NCBI GenBank assembly: GCA_001949185.1
Contig: BDGG01000018.1
Span: 434,001-498,000, forward strand
Direction: 5' to 3'
Length of the DNA stretch: 64,000 nucleotides
From: Ramazzottius varieornatus
Taxonomy: Eukaryota > Animalia > Tardigrada
This document shows, piece after piece, positions 56,042 through 64,000 of this stretch (its first letter is position 1; each line of letters begins with the position of its first letter). The translations under genes were made by a program, and so were the position numbers. Below the pieces are notes generated by a model. The model saw nothing but the letters and a program-made list of their open reading frames with translations, was not told where the DNA came from and made no database searches.

Positions 56042-58359
56042 TCAGGCTCGGCGCGGTTGCTTTTGCGGAGGCTGTCCACCCTGGTTGTTCTCCACTTCCT
56101 CCTCATCATCCTCAGATTCCAAGTCAGATTCACCTTCTGCCGCGTTCTCCATCCCACCCATCGTCCGGCCACTCGACGCATCAGGCCAGTTACCACCTGG
56201 TCGTTGAGTTTGTGGTCCTGTCTCTGCATAACTCCGTTTCTGCGACGAAGATCCAGCCGAGCGACCTTCAGTCACGTCGCCGGAAGGCCCTCCTTGTCCG
56301 AAAGCCCCACCAGCAGCTGGTGTCGGAACTCCGGGTCCTACCAGCCCACAAAATGAGAAACATGGATGAACAGACGCTAAATTTCGTACTAGTATTGAAA
56401 CGAGGACGATACCTTTAGCCTGCTGCATTGCTTTTCTAGCTGCATACATGTTGGCTTCTTCCTGGGTCTTCCCGATGTTCTTCTTGTATCTTATGCGCTT
56501 GTTACCAAACCTACACGAGGCAATACAGTTCGTCCCACTTAACATGGCTTTCGAGTTCACTAGCGGCAGTAGTTAGAGCTCAGCGAACAAACTCGACCAG
56601 ATCGTTCATCCAAGTGGCGCACACTTCCAGTCACTACCGCTGAAGACGCGCGCCACTTGGGACAGCAATTATACTCGACCAGATCATTTTTCGCAAGTGG
56701 CGCACATTCTCAGCAAAACTGGGTGGAGGGGTGGGCCACTTCGGGTACAATCTACTGGAGTGTATTTGCCGAGTTGTCGGTTGCTTCCATGAACTTACCA
56801 GTTGCTGACTTGAGCCACCGTGATGTTGCACTGTGGAAAATAAGCGGAGTATCTTTTTGTACAAGTATCTTTTGCAGCTCCGAAGCAAAGACTGACCATC
56901 CACCACTTACCGATTTAGCTAGTTCTTCCTTGGCTTCTTCACTGGGATACGGATTGCTGAGATGAGAATAAAAGTACTCGTTCAGTACTTCGGTAGCGTT
57001 CTTGCTGAAATTCCGTCGCTTCCTCCTCGCGTCCAAAAACCTGAAGGACAAATCGATTACATTTTCACCTGTGGTTCTTTCGTTTGAATAATCAGAGGCT
57101 CTCTACGTACAAATGAACTCACCGAGAACGTAGTATCATCACGGCTTCACATGTCGACTGTTTGAGCTGCATTTGAATCGAGCTGAATTTCTTCTTGATC
57201 ATCTGCACCATTCGGTCCATTTCCTAAAACCATAACATTCTGTCGCGGGTTTCACAAAATGACAGAATATCGACTTTCATGTTAATGATCATTGTTGATG
57301 CGAAAGGTTCTTCATTAAATTTAAACTTGAACTGGTCACGTGAATTCAACCAGATCCTTTTCTCAAGTGGCGCACGAACTCAGCTAACAATAGTGTAAAA
57401 TTGCGCCACTGAAAAACGATCTGGCTGAAATCATTTGCAAACGTCCCAAATACTTCCGCTTACCTTTGGTGTAATCGGTCGAGTTCGGCTTTGTTCCCTC
57501 AAGAGATTCGTCACATGCGTTGTGAACTCATTACAAGCCTTCTCGTATTTCTCCAGCTCCTGGTGGTAGATCGTGCGGATCTGTGCCAGCTTCGCCCTGT
57601 ATTCATGATGCTCCATGGTCGAGCACGGGAAGTCGCCATCAGGAGAGGTCGACGCTGATGCAGCCGAGGCAGCCACTGCGGAGCCCAACGCACCACCCGA
57701 AGCATTCTTCTCCGCGCCAGCGATACCTACAAACATTCTCCCATCAGAATGACACATCCTCGGAGAGAAACGGGACGTGGACAATGGACTGGACGAGATC
57801 GCTATCCCAAGTGGCGCACGCTCTCATGGTTAGCAGATAACAGCGTGCGCCACACTGGGAAGCAAGCGAGCATACCTTCTGCAATCAGCATGTTGTCCAG
57901 CCGCATCAACTGCTGATCCGGTGGTTCGTCTTCGATGAACGTCCGCAGGGACAACGCCGTCTTGTCCTTGATCTCACAAAGGACTGCGAATAACGCTGGC
58001 TTTGACGGGTGACAGTTGAGTGCATGTTTTCTTGCCTGAGCTTCGTCGAGAGACTGCAGAGAAAAGAACCATAATAACTGGTTAATAACCTGCATACACG
58101 ACTCACAAACTCCAACAGCTGGTACGTGTACAGTGGTTCATGACTGCCGTGAAATGCGTAAAATTTGATGTACCTGGTTGGTGATGTCCATGATCTGCGC
58201 CAGAACTTGTCCGATATCCATGCCTTGCTTATCGGTGGACCCAGGCATCTGCTCCGTAGGATTGAAGGTATTGAGACTGGGATAATACTGCTGGTGCTCA
58301 GGGTAGGATCCATAGCCTGGGGATCGAATGTTGTGCAGCTGCTGGCTTGGATCCGTCAT
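56042..58359 (-). CDS. exd: PBX/extradenticle TALE homeodomain protein
   Basis: PBC-A ([22 protein letters not shown]...[13 protein letters not shown]), PBC-B ([30 protein letters not shown]), homeodomain [39 protein letters not shown]|[11 protein letters not shown]|[12 protein letters not shown]. Confidence 0.96.
56612..56741. repeat. Palindromic N27 element dimer (PBX homeobox intron)
   Basis: Units at 56612 and 56695, both N27; outer ends GAGCTCAGCGAACAAACTCGACCAGATC and TTTGCCGAGTT. Confidence 0.9.
57365..57411. repeat. Palindromic N27 element (PBX intron)
   Basis: AAGTGGCGCA-N27-TGCGCCACTG. Confidence 0.9.
57809..57855. repeat. Palindromic N27 element (PBX intron)
   Basis: AAGTGGCGCA-N27-TGCGCCACAC. 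Confidence 0.9.
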
Positions 58360-59139
58360 GATGTTTTCTCCACCCGAATCCCTCCAGTGACTCCAGCACC
58401 TGTAACAAAACTCAACCTTCAGCGACACATCGTTCCGCAAATTTCCTATTCAAGCTCGCAGAGCAAGGCTGTCAAGGCAGAAGTTTCCTGATGTTTGTGA
58501 TTGTGAACTTTTAGTTCCCGTCCTGAACGGAAGTGTAATCAAGTCTCCAGTCAATCAAGCGACAGGTCCATACATACTAAGTTTTCTTCTGTGTATGACG
58601 TCAACTGAGGCATACGTATGGCATCCCAGGCTTTTGGAATCCTTTCCTATGTTAAAAGCTAGCTGTTAACGTCATGGGCCGCTGTAGCGAGTTTGCGAGG
58701 TGTCCTACCTTGATGCGTGGCTCAGGGTGACCAGTAACAGCTGATTAACGGAGTAAAGTCCTTCCTACCATAACTGAGTCTACATAACTCTGTTCCTACC
58801 GTCCTACGGTTGTGAAGATCGTCCTTCTTAATCGGACTTCCTGTTCTGTTCCAGATCGGATTCTCGGTAGCGCAAAAGCGAAAACCGTCCATCGAGAGTC
58901 AAAGGAGAGCCTTTAGTCGGCTGCTGAAAGCGCGGAGCTCCAACCAACTTCCGCTCAACCTCATTCCCCGTCGAATCCCCGAGGCAGTTATGTAAGTCGC
59001 TCCTTTCTCCCTGTATTACCTCAGAATTGGCGTCTGACAGTTTGTGGATTGTTTTACTATTTCAGAAGTCTTGAGGCCGTCGCACTGCGAATCTGTTCTG
59101 TGTCCACTTGCGGTCTGAAGATTTCACCTTCCCGCAAAG

Positions 59140-62100
59140 ATGTCCTCGCATCCGTCCAACATCAGCCGTCGCACTCGCTCCCGTGTCTCCGAAGCCGCTG
59201 GTGTGGAGAGCGGCAGCGAGAAGAACAAGTGTCCCATCTGCTTCGGCGACCTGACGGACATCATCGCCTACCAGCCCTGCACACACGTCCTCTGCTTCGA
59301 ATGCGCCGTCCGCAATCGCGTCCTCTGCGATCAGAAAGAATGCCCCATCTGTCGAACACAATGCGCCCAGGTATACCTTCTCCCCCTCTCTCACTTTTCA
59401 CTCTCCGAACCTTTCTTCCAGCATTGCAACGGTTTTAGGTCGTCTTAGCTGGGCTTCGGTTCAACAACGACGAACAAGACAATGTCCATCGTTTCGAGAC
59501 GCTAAGCAAAGTGGCGCAGGCACAAGGCAAGAGTGATCCCTTCTACGGGTTCCTCTTTGAAGATATCGCCATCGAGAGAGCCTACAGAAAAATCCTGACG
59601 CATGCCTGTAAGTTCTGCGATAGACCATTCAACGAGTTTCCGGAGCTGGTCAAGCATGTGCGCGATCGGCATGACCATCATTACTGCAACGTCTGCGTTA
59701 GCCACTTGATGGTAAACATATCTCATCTTACTTTGTTGATCAGTGCTGTATTTCTGATTGAAAAGTACCTTTCTGTCTTCTTGTAGTTGTTCACTTGGGA
59801 GCACAAGGTTTACCTGTACGATGAGCTGCTGCGGCACATGGAAGAAGGGGATCCGACGGATAAGAGGATACCTGCGCATCCACAGTGTCGCTTGTGTAAA
59901 TACCGCGGCTTCGATCAAGACGACCTGTACAAGCATTCGAAGAAGAACCACCAGCTGTGCTGGATATGTGAACGAACCACCAACAAAGTCGTCTTTTTCC
60001 AGTAAGAATTCTCCGTGACAAATAGGCAAACGACCGAGCTCGACAGAATTGTTTTTGTCAAGTGGCGCACACTTTCACTGTTATTCTTTAAAAACATGCG
60101 CCACTCTCAATAACGATGTTGACCAGTTCTGTGAGGAAAACTCCTTTGTTATTTGCAGTGACTTCTTCCAGCTGTATGAACACATGGCAGATTGTCACTA
60201 CGTCTGCAAGCTCTGCTCTAACCCGGCCGAAGCCAAGGTCGTCTCCTTCCTTGACGAACAGGACCAAGCCATCCACACCGCTGCCGAACACTCGGACGGG
60301 ACCATCCGACCCGACGTTCTTTTCAACTTTCAGCAGCGTGGTGCGGAACGACTAAAGGCTCGTCAACGACGTGGCGGAGAGGATCGCGTGGCCGACGAAG
60401 TCGAAAACCAAGTAAGCGACATACACCAGCAATTTTCAGAAATATGTGCTTGATCAATTGAGAGCTCGGCGAAGAAGCTTGACAAGACTGTGGTTCCAAC
60501 ACGGAACTATTAAGCTAGTAACACTGGACACTAGACATAGAGTGTGCCACTGGGTAAAACAATCACGCTCGACGAGATTATTTTCTCAAGCGGGTGCATG
60601 GTTCTAATGGGAATGTTCGGGGGCTTGCGCCACTTGGAAGAGCGATCTTGTCGCATTTCCTGTATTTCCTACACCGGTCGCATTTATCGTGTCATGTCCA
60701 TCGTTTTTTAGCGTCCACGGACTCCGCCACCTCCAAGAGACTTCACCATGAATCGCTCTCAGTTTCCGACGTTAGGAATGGACGGTCTGCCAAGTCATGG
60801 ACAGCCCACCGGAGGAGCTGCCGCCCATAACCAGTACAGCTCCGTCTCTAACAGATCGACCGAAACGGAAGTGAGTGGCGCAGCGGTGAAGAGTCAGTTC
60901 GTTCCGCCCAAGATGACGGCGGACGCATTCCCGGAGTTAGGTGGAAAGCCAGCTGCTGCCACAAGTAGCAAGAGCGAAGCTTCGGCCTCGCTATGGGCCA
61001 ACAAGGACGCCAAAGTCACCGCGCCCAACACCGAACGAACTTCTCCAAAGAAGGTAAAGGTGGAACATATTTTCGTATTGGAGGACGAAATATTCGGAAT
61101 AAAATTAAATGACAAATAATTGGAAATTGCATAAAAGTATTCGGAATAAAACTGCCACATCATTTCGAAATGTTGGTATGTCGAATTGCGTTTGGCTTCA
61201 GATGACGAGAGCGCTTCCTCCAGCAAGTGTGGCGGACACCTTCCAGTCGCAGGCGGACACTTTTCCGTCCCTCAGCGCTCCTTCCGCCACAGCCATGAAG
61301 AAGCTGAACAACGATTGGACATCAGTGCCGGTGAAGGCCAAGAAGGGCGAGAAGACGTCCAAGCCGCCGGAAACGTCCACAGCCACCAACCGATGGGATC
61401 TTCTTCCACAAGACACTTCTCCGCCATCCAGTCCAACACAGGAGAGAAGGACGGATAGCTTGAAAGACCATGACTACACCAAGAGTGCACAAACGAGTCA
61501 AGTCAACGGCGGAACAAAAGCTTTCGTCCAGCACAAACCGGGTAACATTTCTTTCCATTCGACAAATGTGGAAATACCTTTTCTAATATTTTGGACCTCT
61601 GCAAACAAACTCGGCAACATCGTGATCTCAGGGGGCGCCCGTTTTCATTGTTTTTTACTAGCAGCGTGCGCCACTTGAAAAAAACAATTTTGTTTAAGTT
61701 CGATTGTTTTTCCAACTGGCGCACGCGTACAGTGGTATTGACTGAAGGTGCGCGCCACTTGGTGGAATGATCCTGTCTAGATTGGCGCAGAATCATTTGA
61801 AAATATAAGTTTAGGATATTTTGGAAGTTAATGTTGCCGGTCGGCAGGTGGTTCCGGCGGTGGTTTCCCGACGGCGGTGTCATCCGACGCCTTTCCTTCG
61901 TTAGCAGCTCCCTCTAAAGCCAAGCTTCCGACGGCCTTCCGGACATCGGTGCCTGCTAGTGCCACCAAGAAGAAGGTGGTGCCTACCGCAGCCAAACCTT
62001 CGACACCGAGAGCCAAGAGTGAGAAAGAAGTGATCGCCGAGAGTCTCTTTAGGTCGCCGCTCAACACAAGGGACTTGTCAGACGACGATACGGGACCGGA

Positions 62101-63020
62101 ACCCACTGTCAAGGTGGTGCCTACACCCAAACCTGCTGCAGCTGTCATCAGTAAGTATCAAGCTCCAGAAACGTTCTTCCGAATTTTGAGCAAACAATTT
62201 GCGTTCTTTGTGAGGCCGATGAACGAAGCGTACAAGAGTGTCATTACAAGTGGCGCATACTTTCCGCTGATAACATGGAAATGTGCGCCACTTGAGGTAT
62301 CCATATTGTACGCCTCGTTACCCATCTTATAAGAGCCAGACACGATTACTCAGTTCGTTAGAAGTAAATTTAAGTGTCGAGGAGAACTACGGTCGTCTCT
62401 TTGCAGATGCAGCGCCGTATAAGATGAAGACGGACGATTTTCCCGGTCTGGCCAAAGCTCCACCGAAAGCCCCAGTCTATGTCCCTGAAAGACAGCCTGA
62501 TCGTGTGCGACAACAGAAAGGTAAGCTCGAAATTTAGACTTTGCTTGTGAACTGCTCGAGGTGGAAGAAAGAAGGCCGTTTTGCTGTTTCAGAGTTGAAG
62601 TCGCAGTGGGGCAACACGGTGGTCCAATACGAGACGGTCTTCACCTACGTCCCGCCACCCAACGCCAAAGAGCGCATCGTGGCTCTGCTATCGACAGTGC
62701 AGCCGCTGGAAGTGAAAGGCAGTAAGCTGTCGCTGGAGCACCTTCAGAAGGAGCTGATGGAGGAGAAGATATCGGCCTTGGAGTTTTGGATGGAGACGCA
62801 GCGCATCATGGGCAAGAAGTTTGCTCAAGTGATGCCCGAAGTCATCGCCCTCATCCCCAGTCTGACGGTACAGCAAGACCTCTTTGAAGTGGCCAAGACG
62901 CCCATCTACGGAAGCCAGCAAGTGTCCAAAGCCTTGCTGCCTTGTTCTACGTGTAGGCAAGTGCTGAAAACGGGGGCTGATAAAGAAGCTCATGAGAAGG
63001 TTCATAAAGGAGGGAAATAA
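59140..63020 (+). CDS. ZNF598: E3 ubiquitin ligase ZNF598/Hel2 homolog, multi-exon
   Basis: RING CPIC...CTHVLCFECAVRNRVLCDQKECPICR; C2H2 fingers (CKFC...HVRDRH; HMEEGD...HPQCRLC...LYKHSKKNHQLCWIC); repeated FPxL motifs; C-terminal CSTCRQVL...HEKVH. Confidence 0.88.
60060..60106. repeat. Palindromic N27 element (ZNF598 intron)
   Basis: AAGTGGCGCA CACTTTCAC TGTTATTCT TTAAAAACA TGCGCCACTC. Confidence 0.9.
60543..60635. repeat. Palindromic N27 element, decayed dimer (ZNF598 intron)
   Basis: Right arm TGTGCCACTG ~60543; unit ~60588-60635 with N27. Confidence 0.75.
61630..61760. repeat. Palindromic N27 element dimer (ZNF598 intron)
   Basis: Units at 61630 and 61714, both N27. Confidence 0.85.
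62248..62293. repeat. Palindromic N27 element (ZNF598 intron)
   Basis: AAGTGGCGCA-N26-TGCGCCACTT. Confidence 0.9.
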
Positions 63021-63268
63021 GTAGCTGACTGCTTCCAGCGCCAAAACGTCTGATCTTTGGCTTCTTTTGCTACTGCGCTTTGTCTGACTGCCTTTCAGGC
63101 ATACAGTTGTGGCGGTGTATGCTGGCACTAGCCTGGCTCACTTGCGAAATGATGTCGCCAGTTTCCGTCAAGTGTTCCCCTCATTTTCTTCCCATATACC
63201 CTATGTGCTGGGGTCTTTGCTCTGAATAAAGGAAAAAGGCGGACGACGGAGGTGACAAGTGAAACTTA

Positions 63269-63544
63269 GGCTGCGTTTCGTAAGTCAAAAATCCTAGTTA
63301 ACAACCAGCTTTTGCACACGTGACTGTCGACGTCACGAACGGGGTAGGTGCTGGGTTAACGGTTAACTAGCATAAAAAGGCTAGTTAACGGTTAACCCGA
63401 TTCAATCAAGCACACGTAAATCACAGTGCAGTTTGACTGTCCAAGCTCGTCTTTTTCAAGCATCTTTCTAATGTTCGTCCGTAGCTCTGACGTCAGCAAT
63501 CACGTGGCGGGTTATCAATTAGGGTTGACTTACGAAACGCAGCC
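63269..63544. mobile_element. PIF/Harbinger (Tourist-like) MITE
   Basis: Perfect 20-bp TIRs GGCTGCGTTTCGTAAGTCAA / TTGACTTACGAAACGCAGCC; TTA TSD at 63266-68 and 63545-47; internal inverted repeat 63353-63398. Confidence 0.9.
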
Positions 63545-64000
63545 TTATGCCCCATTCGTGCTTACGCGTCGGCGACAGAAGACAGCAGTAAAAACGGCTT
63601 TTTGGTGGCGTCATCGTTCGCACTTCCAGCGGCGAAAGTTCTGGGGCTGCAACGAAAGTTTTTGAGAACGAACGGTCCATTACTTAGCTTTTTCCGCTCG
63701 GTTTTTCGCCTCAACTTTTTCGTTTAGTGCCGTATTTCGCAACCTACGGGAATCAGGGTGAGCAGCCTGCGGAAAATGTTTTTCTGGCTGATTTTACTTT
63801 GGCGCGTTTTCTGTCTTCCTGTAATACAACCCCTTCTGTACTCACCCAGGATCTCTTGCATAGAATCTATCGAGGTATGTACTGACTCCTCGAGAAATGA
63901 CTGATGACGGGAATACCGAGGAGATGCATGAAAGGAATCTTGAAAGAGCAAAGGCAGTCGGCCACTTCCGAAAGGTTGTGGCCTATGACATGACACCACA

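Noticed and set aside
60002-60158. Palindromic element as an Introner (intron-generating TE)
   Set aside because: Element ends do not coincide with GT/AG boundaries, flank lengths vary, and one copy is non-intronic.

Overview
Compact, intron-rich animal (invertebrate-like) genomic DNA, so the six-frame ORFs are mostly single exons and the gene models below were spliced by eye using GT-AG sites. It holds conserved genes: RPS3A, INCENP, RIOK2, TMEM231, TP53RK/Bud32, TXNDC9, IBTK, NEURL2-like, ALDH3, FoxN1/4, GCDH, PBX/exd and ZNF598. There are three apparently decayed genes (MATH-BTB, F-box, SMYD/MYND-like), a PAW-domain protein with no visible PNGase catalytic core, an orphan six-exon gene and an LDLa-like single-pass membrane gene fragment. 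Five non-autonomous DNA transposons with TIRs and target-site duplications are present (Sola2-like with a nested hAT-like, a second hAT-like, Tc1/mariner-like, PIF/Harbinger-like). The most striking signal is a dispersed ~117-bp palindromic element. Its core is AAGTGGCGCA-N27-TGCGCCACTT with an asymmetric central 9-mer (TGTTATTGG or CCAATAACA). I count about 30 units at 21 loci, 20 of them in introns of the conserved genes, often as dimers with a 74-89 bp period. None occur in the 23.5-44 kb stretch of transposons, pseudogenes and orphan genes. All identifications are from recalled family motifs, and no database search was run.
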